From: Hyphomicrobiales bacterium
GTDB taxonomy: Bacteria > Pseudomonadota > Alphaproteobacteria > Rhizobiales > Rhizobiaceae
DNA: 64,000 bases
Direction of reading: 5' to 3'
NCBI GenBank assembly: GCA_022838525.1
Contig: JALHFU010000002.1
Span: 8,894 to 72,893, forward strand
Shown: in pieces, positions 48,405-59,070 of the stretch
How the letters are laid out: every line of letters starts with the position of its first letter
Numbering within the stretch: the stretch's first letter is position 1
The notes under the pieces: generated by a model
Told to the model about the DNA's origin: nothing
The model's input: only the letters and a program-made list of their open reading frames with translations
The model's database searches: none
Translations under genes and position numbers: made by a program

Positions 48405-48516
48405 ACCTGTTCTCCGGGGCGGCTGCATGGGTCGGACCGGCATCTGGCATGCCCGCCCTCGCCATGTAAAGCCCGCGCCGGACCTTTCAAGACCCGTTGC
48501 ACAGGAAGCCGCGGCT

Positions 48517-49338
48517 TCAGTCGCCGCCGCTCAGAATCTGGTCCATCGCCCGCGACGGCTCCTCGCAGCCGCTCTCGCCGACGATGCGGGCCGGCACGCC
48601 CGCGACCGTGCGGTTGTTGGGAACGGACTGCAGGAGCACCGAGCCGGCGGCGACGCGCGAGCACGACCCGACCTCGATGTTGCCGAGGATCGTGGCGCCG
48701 GCGCCGATCAGGACGCCGTTGCGGATCTTGGGATGGCGGTCGCCCGTGACCTTGCCGGTGCCGCCGAGCGTGACGCCGTGCAGCAGCGAGACGTTGTCGC
48801 CGACGGCGGCGGTCTCGCCGATGACGAGGCCGGTGGCGTGGTCGATGAAGATGCCCTTGCCTATCCGTGCCGCCGGGTGGATGTCGGTCTGGAAGATCGC
48901 CGACGACCGGCTCTGCAGATAGAGCGCGAAATCCCGCCGCCCCTGCCCCCACAGCCAGTGGGCGAGGCGATGGGTCTGGATCGCGTGAAAGCCCTTGAAA
49001 TAGAGGATGGGCATCAGGAAGCGGTCGCAGGCGGGATCGCGGTCGTAATAGGCCTGGATGTCGGCGCGCACCGTCAGGCCCCAGTCCGGCGCATCGTGCA
49101 GCATCGCCTGATAGGTCTGGCGGATGAGGTCGGCGCCGAGGTCGGGATGGTCGAGGCGTTCCGCCAGGCGGTGGATGACGGCGTCCTCCAGCCGGTCGTG
49201 GTTGAGCACGGTCGCGTAGATGAAGGCCGCGAGCAGCGGATCGCGCTCGACCGTCTCGGTCGCCTCGCGCCGCACCGCCGTCCAGATCGGATCGACCGGC
49301 TTGACCGAATTCTGCCTGATCGCGCTTGCGCCGCTCAT
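48517..49338 (-). CDS. cysE: Serine O-acetyltransferase
   Basis: DRDPAC, YFKGFHAIQTHR, DIHPAA, FIDHATG, GGTGK..GDRHPK. Confidence 0.97.
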   Translation of the reverse strand: MSGASAIRQNSVKPVDPIWTAVRREATETVERDPLLAAFIYATVLNHDRLEDAVIHRLAERLDHPDLGADLIRQTYQAMLHDAPDWGLTVRADIQAYYDRDPACDRFLMPILYFKGFHAIQTHRLAHWLWGQGRRDFALYLQSRSSAIFQTDIHPAARIGKGIFIDHATGLVIGETAAVGDNVSLLHGVTLGGTGKVTGDRHPKIRNGVLIGAGATILGNIEVGSCSRVAAGSVLLQSVPNNRTVAGVPARIVGESGCEEPSRAMDQILSGGD

Positions 49339-49453
49339 CGGGTTTTCCTTCTCAAACGCCTTGCTTAGACGAAGGCGGAACCATAATCCAAAAGCCGGGT
49401 CAACCAAACTGCATTTTCTTCAACGCGGTTTCAATGGAATCGATGCAGCGGGA

Positions 49454-50248
49454 ATGGACGCAAACGTGCAAAGCGATTTTCTGAAAACGGCCGTCGACGG
49501 CGGCGTCGTCACCGTCACCATCGACCGGCCGCAGCGCAAGAATGCGATGACGCAGGCGATGTGGCGCGGGATGGCGCGCCTGTTCCGCGCCTTCGCCGAT
49601 GACGACGCCGTGCGCGCCGTGGTGCTGCGCGGCGCGGGCGGCGATTTCTGCGCCGGCGCCGACATCGGCGAGTTCGAGACCGTGCGCGGCAGCGCCGACA
49701 GCGCCCGCCTCTACGAATCGGAGAATTCGGCCGCCTTCGCCGCGGTTCGCGACTGCCCGGTCCCGACCATCGCGGCCATCGGCGGCATCTGCTTCGGCGG
49801 CGGCTTCGGCATGGCTGCCGCCTGCGACATCCGCATCGCCGCGGCGGATGCCGTCTTCAGCGTACCGGCGGCGAAGCTCGGCCTTGCCTATCCCGTCGAT
49901 GCCATGGCCGACATCGTCCACGCCGTCGGCCCGCAGGTGGCTAGGCACATGGCCTATTCGGCGGCGCGGCTCGACGCGGCGGCGGCACTTTCCGCCGGCT
50001 TCCTGCTCGAAGTGGTCGAAAAGGACGGGCTCGAGGCGCGCGCCGCAGAGCTTGCGGCCGTCATCGCCGCCAATGCGCCGCTGTCGATCCGGGCATCGAA
50101 GGCGTCCATCCGCGCGGTGCTCACCGGCGATCCCGCGGATGCCGCACACGCCGACGCGCTCGGCGACGCGACCTTCGAGAGCGTCGACTACGCCGAAGGC
50201 CGCGCGGCCTTCCGCGAGAAGCGTCCGGCGCGTTTTTCCGGCCGCTGA
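49454..50248 (+). CDS. Enoyl-CoA hydratase/isomerase family protein
   Basis: IDRPQRKNAM, FCAGADI, GGICFGGG, EGRAAFREKR. Confidence 0.93.
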   Translation: MDANVQSDFLKTAVDGGVVTVTIDRPQRKNAMTQAMWRGMARLFRAFADDDAVRAVVLRGAGGDFCAGADIGEFETVRGSADSARLYESENSAAFAAVRDCPVPTIAAIGGICFGGGFGMAAACDIRIAAADAVFSVPAAKLGLAYPVDAMADIVHAVGPQVARHMAYSAARLDAAAALSAGFLLEVVEKDGLEARAAELAAVIAANAPLSIRASKASIRAVLTGDPADAAHADALGDATFESVDYAEGRAAFREKRPARFSGR

Positions 50249-50261
50249 TCGCATTTCGGGT

Positions 50262-50276
50262 GGACATAACGGGAAC
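50262..50276. promoter_or_regulatory. Putative LexA box upstream of ycaQ
   Basis: GGAC-ATAACGG-GAAC, one mismatch to GAAC-N7-GAAC. Confidence 0.45.
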
Positions 50277-50294
50277 GTCGCATAGGCTTGCGCC

Positions 50295-51506
50295 ATGACG
50301 ACGACGATTCCGAACCGCAAGGCCCGCCATCACCTCATCGCGCTGACCGGGCTCGGCCCCGCCGGGATGAGGACGGGCCGCGCCGGGCCGATGCGGCGCG
50401 AGGAGCTGGCCGCGACGATCCGCGATCTTGGTTTCGTGCAGGTCGACAGCGTCAACGTGCTGGAGCGCGCGCATCACCACATCCTGTTCTCGCGCGGCAC
50501 GGGCTATCGCCATGCCGATCTCGCCGCGCTCGCCGAGAAGGAGCGGCGCGTCTTCGAGAACTGGACGCATGACGCCTCGATCATCCCGAGCGAGTTCTTC
50601 CCCTACTGGCGGCACCGCTTCGCGCATGAGAAGGCGCGGCTGCGCAGCCGCTGGAAGACGCATTTCGGCGCCGAGCACTTCGACGACGACATCGCCCGCG
50701 TGCTCGACCGCATCGCCCGCGACGGGCCGGTGATGGCGCGCGACTTCGAGGGCGACAAGCCGAGCACCGGCTGGTGGGACTGGCATCCGTCCAAGGCGGC
50801 GCTCGAATATCTGTGGCGCACCGGCGAACTGGCGATCACGCGGCGCGAGGGCTTCCAGAAGGTCTACGACCTGACCGAGCGCGTGATCCCCGAGGCGCAC
50901 CGCGCCGTCGAGGTCGATCACGGCGTCTTCGTGGACTGGGCCTGCCGCGAGGCGCTGAAGCGGCTGGGCTTCGCTACGCGCGGCGAGATCGCCGCCTTCT
51001 GGGCGCTCGTGTCGCCGCAGGAGGTCGACGGCTGGATCGCCCGCAACCGGCATGAACTCGTCCCGGTCAGGATCGAAACCGTGAATGGCGGCAAGCCGCG
51101 CGCCGCCTTCGCGCTGCCCGATGCTGTGGCGGCGGCGCTCGACGCGCCCGAGCCGCCCGACCGGGTGCGCATTGTCAGCCCGTTCGATCCGCTGATGCGC
51201 GACCGGGCGCGGGCGGAGCGGCTGTTCGGCTTCTTCTACCGCATCGAGATATTCGTGCCGGAGGCGAAGCGGCAGTACGGCTACTACGTCTATCCCGTGC
51301 TGCGGGCCGACCGCACGGTGGGGCGCATCGACGTCAAGGCCGAGCGGGAGCGCGACGTGCTCGCCGTGCGCGCCTTCTGGCCGGAGGCGGGCGTCAGGCC
51401 GTCGAAAATCTTCACCGGCAAGCTGGAGGCGGAGCTGGAGCGGCTGCGCCGCTTCGCCGGCGTCGGCCGGGTGGAGTTCGCCGACGGCTGGCTGAAAGGC
51501 GCATGA
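50295..51506 (+). CDS. ycaQ: YcaQ/AlkZ-like (HTH_42) crosslink-repair DNA glycosylase
   Basis: QVD catalytic motif (GFVQVDSVN), FENWTHDAS, SPFDPL..DR.R, YRIEIFVP..KRQYGYYV. Confidence 0.9.
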   Translation: MTTTIPNRKARHHLIALTGLGPAGMRTGRAGPMRREELAATIRDLGFVQVDSVNVLERAHHHILFSRGTGYRHADLAALAEKERRVFENWTHDASIIPSEFFPYWRHRFAHEKARLRSRWKTHFGAEHFDDDIARVLDRIARDGPVMARDFEGDKPSTGWWDWHPSKAALEYLWRTGELAITRREGFQKVYDLTERVIPEAHRAVEVDHGVFVDWACREALKRLGFATRGEIAAFWALVSPQEVDGWIARNRHELVPVRIETVNGGKPRAAFALPDAVAAALDAPEPPDRVRIVSPFDPLMRDRARAERLFGFFYRIEIFVPEAKRQYGYYVYPVLRADRTVGRIDVKAERERDVLAVRAFWPEAGVRPSKIFTGKLEAELERLRRFAGVGRVEFADGWLKGA

Positions 51507-51516
51507 CTGCGGCCGC

Positions 51517-52407
51517 TCACTCCTGCCTGAAGCCGGCCAGCCAGTCGCGGAAGGCGGCGAAGCCCTCGACCTCGATGCTGCGGGCCGGATAGATCAGCGA
51601 ATAGGGCGCTCCGACCACCAGCCGGCGCTCGGAGGCGTGGACGAGGCGGCCGGCGGCGATCTCCGCTTCGGCCAGCATCTCGGGCACCAGCGCCACGCCG
51701 AGGCCGGACGCGGCGGCGCTGATGACCATGTCGAAATGCTCGAAGCGGTCGCCGCGCAGCACGGAGCGCGCGTCGATGCCGGCGTCGCGGAACCAGTCGA
51801 GCCACAGCGTCGGCCGCGTCGTCTGCTGCAGGAGCGGCAGGCGCGCCAGCTCCTCATCCGCCAGCGCGCCCTGCCCGGCCAGCAGCTCGGGTGCTGCCAC
51901 GACGGCGAGTTGCTCCTCCATCAGCGGGATCAATTCGGCGTTGGCCGGCCGCATGTCCGACCGCTGGATCGCGGCGTCGAACGGATCGGCCTCGAAATCG
52001 ACCGCGTCGAGCCGCGCGACGATGTCGAAGGTCACGTCGGGGGCAATGGCGCGGAACCGCTTCAGGCGCGGCGTCAGCCACGTCTTGGCGAAGGTCGGCA
52101 GGACGGCGAGCCGGAGCACCTTGGAGTGGCCGCCGAAGGCCATCACCGTCATCGCCGCCTGGCCGAGATCGGCGAGGATGCGATCGGCCTCGCGGCGGAA
52201 GGCGCGGCCGGCTTCCGACAGCACCAGCCGCTGCTTGACCCGGTGGAAGAGCCGCACCCCCAGCCTGTCCTCCAGCGTGCCGAGCGAGCGGCTGACGGCG
52301 CTTTGCGTCAGGTTGAGCTCGCCGGCCGCGCGCGTCGCCGAGCCGGCGCGGGCGCAGGCGCAGAAGGCGTGAAGCTCGTTGATCGTCGGGATATAAGCGT
52401 AGCGCAT
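51517..52407 (-). CDS. LysR-family regulator (GcdR/GcvA-like), divergent from gcdH
   Basis: HTH SATRAAGELNLTQSAVSR; ATGAG-N5-CTCAT palindrome at 52423-52437 in the divergent promoter. Confidence 0.92.
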   Translation of the reverse strand: MRYAYIPTINELHAFCACARAGSATRAAGELNLTQSAVSRSLGTLEDRLGVRLFHRVKQRLVLSEAGRAFRREADRILADLGQAAMTVMAFGGHSKVLRLAVLPTFAKTWLTPRLKRFRAIAPDVTFDIVARLDAVDFEADPFDAAIQRSDMRPANAELIPLMEEQLAVVAAPELLAGQGALADEELARLPLLQQTTRPTLWLDWFRDAGIDARSVLRGDRFEHFDMVISAAASGLGVALVPEMLAEAEIAAGRLVHASERRLVVGAPYSLIYPARSIEVEGFAAFRDWLAGFRQE

Positions 52408-52520
52408 GAGGCGAAATATATCATGAGCGATTCTCATTACCATGCGATTATTGCTTGCTGGCGACCCTCCCCTGCCCGTGCTAGGTCCCGTGCGAAGCCC
52501 GATACGATGGAGGAACCCTT

Positions 52521-53723
52521 ATGGCCGCTGGCGCCGATGAAGGCATGAAGCCGTTTTCCTGGGACGATCCGTTCCTGTTTTCCGAGCAGCTGACCGAGGA
52601 CGAGCGGCTGATCCGCGACTCCGCCGCCGCCTTCGCGGCCGAGAAGCTCGCGCCGCGCGTGCAGGAAGCCTATCTCGAGGAGAAGACCGACCCCGCGATC
52701 TTCCGCGAGATGGGCGAGGCCGGCCTGCTCGGCGTCACCGTTCCCGAGGAATATGGCGGCGCGGGCGCGGGGTACGTCTCCTACGGCCTCGTCGCGCGCG
52801 AGGTCGAGCGCATCGATTCCGGCTACCGCTCGATGATGAGCGTGCAGTCGTCGCTGGTCATGCACCCGATCTTCGCCTACGGCACCGAGGAGCAGCGCAG
52901 GAAGTACCTGCCGAAGCTCGCCTCCGGCGAGTGGATCGGCTGCTTCGGCCTGACCGAGCCGGATGCCGGCTCCGACCCCGGCGGCATGAAGACCCGCGCC
53001 GAGAAGACCGACGGCGGCTATCGCCTCCACGGCTCCAAGATGTGGATCTCGAACGCGCCCATCGCCGACGTGTTCGTGGTGTGGGCGAAGTCGGCCGCGC
53101 ACGACAACCAGATCAAGGGCTTCGTGCTCGAGAAGGGCATGAAGGGGCTTTCCGCGCCCAAGATCGGCGGCAAGCTGTCGCTGCGCGCCTCGATCACCGG
53201 CGAGATCGTGCTCGACAATGTCGAGGTCGGCGAGGATGCGCTGCTTCCGAACGTTTCCGGCCTCAAGGGGCCGTTCGGCTGCCTGAACCGCGCCCGCTAC
53301 GGCATCTCGTGGGGCGCGATGGGCGCGGCCGAGGATTGCTGGTTCCGCGCCCGCCAGTACGGCCTCGACCGCAAGCAGTTCGGCAAGCCGCTCGCCGCGA
53401 CCCAGCTCTACCAGAAGAAGCTCGCCGACATGCAGACCGAGATCGCGCTCGGGCTTCAGGCGTCGCTCCGTGTCGGCCGGCTGATGGACGAGGGCAGGTT
53501 CGCGCCCGAGATGATCTCCATCGTCAAGCGCAACAACTGCGGCAAGGCGCTCGACATCGCCCGCCAGGCCCGCGACATGCACGGCGGCAACGGCATCCAG
53601 GTCGAGTACCACGTGATGCGCCACGCCCAGAACCTCGAGACCGTCAACACCTACGAGGGCACGCACGATGTGCACGCGCTGATCCTCGGCCGGGCGCAGA
53701 CCGGGATTCAGGCTTTCTTCTGA
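52521..53723 (+). CDS. gcdH: Glutaryl-CoA dehydrogenase (acyl-CoA dehydrogenase family)
   Basis: [47 protein letters not shown]. Confidence 0.93.
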   Translation: MAAGADEGMKPFSWDDPFLFSEQLTEDERLIRDSAAAFAAEKLAPRVQEAYLEEKTDPAIFREMGEAGLLGVTVPEEYGGAGAGYVSYGLVAREVERIDSGYRSMMSVQSSLVMHPIFAYGTEEQRRKYLPKLASGEWIGCFGLTEPDAGSDPGGMKTRAEKTDGGYRLHGSKMWISNAPIADVFVVWAKSAAHDNQIKGFVLEKGMKGLSAPKIGGKLSLRASITGEIVLDNVEVGEDALLPNVSGLKGPFGCLNRARYGISWGAMGAAEDCWFRARQYGLDRKQFGKPLAATQLYQKKLADMQTEIALGLQASLRVGRLMDEGRFAPEMISIVKRNNCGKALDIARQARDMHGGNGIQVEYHVMRHAQNLETVNTYEGTHDVHALILGRAQTGIQAFF

Positions 53724-53763
53724 CGGCCAGCTTTCTTCGGGCGGCCAGCTTTCTTCGGGCGGC
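53724..53763. repeat. 18-bp tandem duplication after the gcdH stop codon
   Basis: CGGCCAGCTTTCTTCGGG x2, sharing GCTTTCTTC with the last codons of gcdH. Confidence 0.85.
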
Positions 53764-53821
53764 AAGTGGACATCCGTCCCGACGCGTTCTACCTCTCGGG
53801 CCTTCGCCCGAGAGGTTTTCC

Positions 53822-54675
53822 ATGACTCCTTCCAAGGACATATCGCGGCTGGTCGAGATCATGGCCGCGCTGGGCCTTTGTCTTCGGCCCGCTGCAGGCC
53901 ACGCTGCACGGCCACCGGCTGCCCGTGGGACGTCGAGCAGGATTTTTCGACCATCGCGCCCTACACCATCGAGGAAGCCTACGAGGTGGCCGACGCCATC
54001 GAGCGCGGCGACATGGACGATCTACGCGAGGAGCTGGGCGACCTGCTGCTGCAGGTCGTGTTCCACGCCCGCATGGCGGAGGAACAGGGCGAGTTCGCCT
54101 TCCCCGACGTGGTCGAGGCGATCACCACGAAGATGGTTCGCCGCCATCCCCACGTCTTCGGTGACGAAGCCGCGCGCTCGGCCGGCATGGCCAAGGGCAT
54201 GTGGCACCGGATCAAGGCCGAGGAGAAGGCGGAGCGGCGCGCGGCGCGGCTGGCGCGCGGCCTCGACCCGGAGGACCACGGCAAGGGCTGGCTCGACGGC
54301 ATCCCGCTCGCCCATCCGGCACTGACGCGCGCGCTCAAGCTGCAGGAGAAGGCGGCCGGCGTCGGCTTCGACTGGAAGGAGGCGACGCCCATCCTCGACA
54401 AGATCGAGGAGGAGATCGGCGAGCTGCGCGCCGCCCTCGCCGGCGGCGAGGCGAAGGACATCGCCGACGAGTTCGGTGACGTGCTGTTCGCGCTGGTCAA
54501 TTTCGGCCGCCATCTCGGCATCGACGCCGAGGACGCGCTGCGCGGCACCAACGCCAAGTTCACCCGCCGCTTCCATCATGTCGAGGCCGCCTTGCAGGCC
54601 GAAGGCCGCTCGCTGCAGGAGGCCACGCTCGACGAGATGGAGGCGAAGTGGCAGCAGGCGAAGGCGGCGGAGTAG
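53822..54675 (+). pseudogene. mazG: Nucleoside triphosphate pyrophosphohydrolase MazG, frameshifted near the 5' end
   Basis: MTPSKDISRLVEIMAAL is in one frame and ATGCPWDVEQ...EELGDLL...EFGDVLF in another; they are separated by 38 nt (53873-53910). Confidence 0.8.
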
Positions 54676-54758
54676 GCGCTGCCTTCCGGCCGTTCTGCGT
54701 CGTCATTTCCGGAGGTTGATGGTGTTTCCGCTGCCGGGGGAGCGCGACACTGCCAATG

Positions 54759-54950
54759 CGTCATCCCGGCCGACCGAGCGAAGCGAGGAAGAGCCGGGAG
54801 CCATTAAGCAGCGCGGCCAGGTTACGAATTCGTGCGCCGGCGCTGCAATGCACCGACCCGCGCTACAGCGAGAACCGGGCCGTGCCCGACGATTCTCCGG
54901 CCGATGGGTCCCGGCTCCGCGGTCGCTTCGCTCCCTTGGCCGGGATGACG
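54759..54950. repeat. CGTC-type REP/MITE-like inverted repeat element
   Basis: CGTCATCCCGGCC..GAGCGAAGCGA..GAGCCGGGAGCCAT ... ATGGGTCCCGGCTC..TCGCTTCGCTC..GGCCGGGATGACG, between convergent mazG and hflX. Confidence 0.85.
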
Positions 54951-54955
54951 GGGAG

Positions 54956-56383
54956 CTACTGCGCCGCTTTCCTGAAGCGTGCGCCGATCTCCCGCCGCAC
55001 GGCCTCGGTGACGCGGACGGTGAGGTCGACGCCGCCGTCCTCGCGGTCCTTGCGGCGGAGAACATCGCCGTTGCGGTAGAGCCAGTCGACCTCGCCCGCC
55101 TGCTCGGGCGCGAGCGTCACGGCGATGGTCGAAAGGCTGCCGGCGATGCGCTCCTCGACCAGGGCGGCGAGGCGGTCCACCCCTTCGCCCGTCGCGGCCG
55201 AGATGGCGATGGGCGGGCGGACGCCGCCGCCGAGCAGTCCGTCGCGGTCCGCGCCGTCGAGAAGGTCGACCTTGTTCCACACCTCGATCACGCGGCGCTC
55301 GTCGTGCGCGTCGACGCCGAGGTCGCGCAGGATGCGCGTCACGTCCTCGGCCTGCGCCGCGGTGTCGGGGTCGGAGATGTCGCGCAGGTGGATGACGAGG
55401 TCGGCCTCCACCACCTCCTCCAGCGTGGCGCGGAAGGCGGCGACGAGGTGCGTCGGCAGGTCGGAGATGAAGCCCACCGTGTCGGACAGGATGACCACCG
55501 TGCCGTGCGGCAGGCGGACCCGGCGCAGCGTCGGGTCGAGCGTGGCGAACAGCATGTCCTCGGCGAGCACGCCCGCGCCGGTCATGCGGTTGAAAAGCGT
55601 GGACTTTCCGGCGTTGGTGTAGCCGACGACGGCGACGATCGGGTACGGCACCTTGCGCCGCTTGGCGCGGTGCAGGTCGCGGGTGCGGCGCACCGTCTCC
55701 AGCTCGCGCTTCAGCCTGACGATCTTGTCCTGAAGGATGCGCCGGTCGGCCTCGATCTGGGTTTCGCCGGGGCCGCCGAGGAAGCCCGCGCCGCCGCGCT
55801 GGCGTTCGAGGTGGGTCCAGCTCCGGACCAGCCGACCGCGCTGGTATTCGAGATGGGCGAGCTCGACCTGCAACGCGCCCTCGCGGGTGCGGGCGCGGCG
55901 GCCGAAGATTTCGAGGATGATGCCGGTGCGGTCGAGCACCTTGGCATCGAGCGCCTTTTCGAGGTTGCGCTGCTGCACCGGCGTCAGCGGATGGTCGACG
56001 AAGACCAGCTCCGCCTCTCGCTCCTTGACGATGGCGGCCAGCTCCTCGAGCTTGCCGGTGCCGAGAAGCGTCGCCGGGCGCGGGTCGGCCACGGTGACGA
56101 TCTCGGCGTAGACGGGGTCGAGGTCGATGGCGCCGGCAAGGCCGACGGCCTCGTCGAGCCGCGCCTGCGGCGAGCGCGCGGTGTGCGGGCGCGCCTGCGC
56201 GGCCTCGTCGCGCACCGCGCGCGGCTGGCGCGTCAGCACCGGCACCACGATCGCCGCGCGGGCCGTCTTTCCGCCTTCGGATACGGAGCCGTCCCCGGAC
56301 ACCGGGCCGCCTTCAGGCACGGGGCCGCTCTCCTGCCCTTGCGGGCGGCGTCGAGAGCCCCCTGCCCCTGCGGTTCGGGTCAA
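54956..56383 (-). CDS. hflX: GTPase HflX
   Basis: [25 protein letters not shown]; directly downstream of hfq. Confidence 0.97.
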   Translation of the reverse strand: MTRTAGAGGSRRRPQGQESGPVPEGGPVSGDGSVSEGGKTARAAIVVPVLTRQPRAVRDEAAQARPHTARSPQARLDEAVGLAGAIDLDPVYAEIVTVADPRPATLLGTGKLEELAAIVKEREAELVFVDHPLTPVQQRNLEKALDAKVLDRTGIILEIFGRRARTREGALQVELAHLEYQRGRLVRSWTHLERQRGGAGFLGGPGETQIEADRRILQDKIVRLKRELETVRRTRDLHRAKRRKVPYPIVAVVGYTNAGKSTLFNRMTGAGVLAEDMLFATLDPTLRRVRLPHGTVVILSDTVGFISDLPTHLVAAFRATLEEVVEADLVIHLRDISDPDTAAQAEDVTRILRDLGVDAHDERRVIEVWNKVDLLDGADRDGLLGGGVRPPIAISAATGEGVDRLAALVEERIAGSLSTIAVTLAPEQAGEVDWLYRNGDVLRRKDREDGGVDLTVRVTEAVRREIGARFRKAAQ

Positions 56384-56626
56384 TCAGGCGTCCTTGTCTT
56401 CGGTCTCGAAAAGCTGGACCGGCTGGCTCGGCATGATGGTCGAGATCGCATGCTTGTAGACGAGCTGCGAATGACCGTCGCGGCGCAGGAGGACGCAGAA
56501 ATTGTCGAAAGAGGTCACAACGCCGGTCAGCTTGACGCCGTTGACGAGGAAGATCGTCAGAGGGTTCTTGCTCTTGCGAACCGAGTTCAGGAACACGTCC
56601 TGGAGATTTTGCGTCCGTTCCGCCAT
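56384..56626 (-). CDS. hfq: RNA chaperone Hfq
   Basis: [30 protein letters not shown]. Confidence 0.99.
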   Translation of the reverse strand: MAERTQNLQDVFLNSVRKSKNPLTIFLVNGVKLTGVVTSFDNFCVLLRRDGHSQLVYKHAISTIMPSQPVQLFETEDKDA

Positions 56627-56760
56627 TTTTCTTGTCTTTCCCCGATCCCAACGGTGTGCGGTTAATAGCGCCTATTTGGGCATGTCCTGTCAAGCACACA
56701 CAAAGTCACGCCTGCATTGCGCAAGCGCATGACTCGCCAAGCCCTTCCCGGTCGCGGTTA

Positions 56761-57624
56761 TCAGGCCGGCGTCTTTTCCGCAACGTCAAAAAACGCCCGG
56801 CGCAGCGAAAGCGCGACTTCTCCCGGCCGTCCGCCGCCGACCGGACTGCCGTCGATGGCCACGACGGGCGTGACCAGCGTGGTGGCGGCCGAAAGGAACG
56901 CTTCCTTCGCCCGCAGGGCTTCCTCGACGGTGAAGCCCCGTTCCTCGACGGTGAGGCCCAGCTTCGCCGCCACGTCGATCACCGTGGTGCGGGTCACGCC
57001 GCGCAGGATGCCGAACTCGGCCGGGCGCGTCACCAGCCTGCCGTCCTGCGTCACGATCCAGGCATTGGTCGCCGCGCCCTCCTTGACCGTGCCGTCCCTG
57101 TCGACGAACCAAGCCTCGACGGCGCCGGCTTCCTTCGCCTGCTGGCGGGCGAGCACGTTGGGCAGGAGCCCGACCGTCTTGATGTCGACCCGCTCCCAGC
57201 GGTTCTCGGGGACGGTCACGACCTTGACGCCTTCGGCCGCCCGCTTCTCCAGCAGGGCGGAATTGGTGCGCTTGGCAGTGACCACCAGCGACGGGCGGAC
57301 GCTTTCGGGCGGAAAGTAGTGGTCGCGGGGCGCGACGCCGCGCGTGACCTGGACGTAGACCAGCCCGTTCGTCACCCGGTTGCGGCGCACCACCTCGGTC
57401 ATCACCGTCTGCAGCGCACGGCGCGTCATCGGCCAGGCGATTCGCAGCTCGGACAGCGAGCGGTCGAGCCGGTCGAGATGGCGCGTCATGTCCATGACGT
57501 TGCCGCGCGCCACCTCGCAGACCTCGTAGACGCCGTCGGCGAACTGGTAGCCGCGGTCCTCGACATGCACGCCCGCCTGCGTGTGCGGCAGGTAGCGCCC
57601 GTTGACATAGGCGATGCGCGGCAT
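56761..57624 (-). CDS. dat: D-amino-acid transaminase (class IV)
   Basis: EDRGYQFADGVYEV, DIKTVGLLPN, EGAATN, ILRGVTR. Confidence 0.92.
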   Translation of the reverse strand: MPRIAYVNGRYLPHTQAGVHVEDRGYQFADGVYEVCEVARGNVMDMTRHLDRLDRSLSELRIAWPMTRRALQTVMTEVVRRNRVTNGLVYVQVTRGVAPRDHYFPPESVRPSLVVTAKRTNSALLEKRAAEGVKVVTVPENRWERVDIKTVGLLPNVLARQQAKEAGAVEAWFVDRDGTVKEGAATNAWIVTQDGRLVTRPAEFGILRGVTRTTVIDVAAKLGLTVEERGFTVEEALRAKEAFLSAATTLVTPVVAIDGSPVGGGRPGEVALSLRRAFFDVAEKTPA

Positions 57625-57683
57625 GGTCCCCTCTCGGCTCGTCGCGATCCGTGTCCGCGCATGCCAGCCGGCATGCCGGCCTG

Positions 57684-59060
57684 TCAAAAGAATTCGAGGC
57701 TGACCCGAAACATCTGCTCGACCTGGCGCACCGTCCCGGCCTTGGCGAAGATGACGACCCGGTCCTTCGGCTTGATGGCGAGCGAGCCGTCGGGCTTCAG
57801 CGCGACACCGCCCCGCAGGATGGCGCCGAAGCGCATGCCCTCGGGCAGGTCGAGCTCGCGCAGCGGCTGGCCGACCAGCGGCGAGGTCTCCAGCGCCTCC
57901 GCCTCGATGACCTCGGCCGCGCCCTGCTGCACCGAATGCACGGCGCGGATGCGCCCGCGCCGGACGTGCTGGAGGATGCGCGAGATCGTCACCGTGCGCG
58001 GATTGACGAAGGCGTCGATGCCGAGCATGCCGGTGAACTCGTGATAGGCGGGGTTGTTGAGGAGCGCCATGTTGGCCTTGCAGCCCAGCCGCTTGGCCAT
58101 GACGCCCGACAGGATGTTGACCTGATCGTCATTGGTCAGGGCGATCATCAGGTCGGCCTCGTCGATGCCGGCCTCCATCAGGAGCTTCTGGTCGAGCGCG
58201 CTGCCCTGGAGCACGACCGTGCGGTTCAGTTCGTCGGCGATGGCCGAGGCGCGCTCCCTGCCCGCCTCGATGATCTTGACGCGCGTGCGGCCCTTGCGGC
58301 CCTCGATGGTGCGGGCGACGTAGAGGCCGATATTGCCGCCGCCGGCGATGACGATGCGGGTCGCCTCCTGCTCGTCATGGCCGAAGAGGCCGAGCGTGCG
58401 CCGCACATGCTCCCGCGCCGCGACGACATAGGCGAGGTCGCCCGCCAGCAGCTGGTCGACCGAGCGCGGCACGAACAGCCGGCCGCCGCGGGAGACGCCG
58501 ACCACGGTGGCGTTCAGGTCGGGGAACAGCTCCGTCAGCTGCGACAGCGGCGTGTCGACGATCGGGCATTCCTCCATGCACTCGATGGCGACCATGGCGA
58601 TCTTGCCTTCGCCGAAGGCCACGACGTCGGTCGCGCCCGGCATGGCGATGCGCTTCAACACCATCTCGGCCACCTCGAGCTCGGGCGAGATGATGACGTC
58701 GATAGGCATGTGGTCGCGCGAGAACAGGTCCATGTAGTGAGGCTGCAGGTAGGACTGCGAGCGGATGCGCGCGATCTTCGTCGGCACGTTGAACAGCGAG
58801 TGCGCGACCTGGCAGGCGACCATGTTGACCTCGTCGTGCAGCGTCACGGCGATGATCATGTCGGCCGACTCCGCGCCCGCGGCCTCCAGCACGCCCGGAT
58901 GCGAGCCGTGGCCGACGAAGCCGCGCACGTCGAGCGTGTCGCGCACGTTGCGGATCAGCTCGGGCGACACGTCGATGACGGAGACGTCGTTCTTCTCCGA
59001 GGCGAGCTTTTCGGCGATGCCGTAGCCGACCTGACCCGCACCGCAGATGATGACGCGCAT
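57684..59060 (-). CDS. trkA: Trk system potassium transporter TrkA
   Basis: Two RCK domains (GAGQVG; GGGNIG). Confidence 0.96.
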   Translation of the reverse strand: MRVIICGAGQVGYGIAEKLASEKNDVSVIDVSPELIRNVRDTLDVRGFVGHGSHPGVLEAAGAESADMIIAVTLHDEVNMVACQVAHSLFNVPTKIARIRSQSYLQPHYMDLFSRDHMPIDVIISPELEVAEMVLKRIAMPGATDVVAFGEGKIAMVAIECMEECPIVDTPLSQLTELFPDLNATVVGVSRGGRLFVPRSVDQLLAGDLAYVVAAREHVRRTLGLFGHDEQEATRIVIAGGGNIGLYVARTIEGRKGRTRVKIIEAGRERASAIADELNRTVVLQGSALDQKLLMEAGIDEADLMIALTNDDQVNILSGVMAKRLGCKANMALLNNPAYHEFTGMLGIDAFVNPRTVTISRILQHVRRGRIRAVHSVQQGAAEVIEAEALETSPLVGQPLRELDLPEGMRFGAILRGGVALKPDGSLAIKPKDRVVIFAKAGTVRQVEQMFRVSLEFF

Positions 59061-59070
59061 GGCCGCTCCC

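Noticed and set aside
56270..56330. Degenerate 18-bp repeats in the HflX N-terminal extension ([18 protein letters not shown])
   Set aside because: Low-complexity variable leader typical of rhizobial HflX; no evidence of a separate function.
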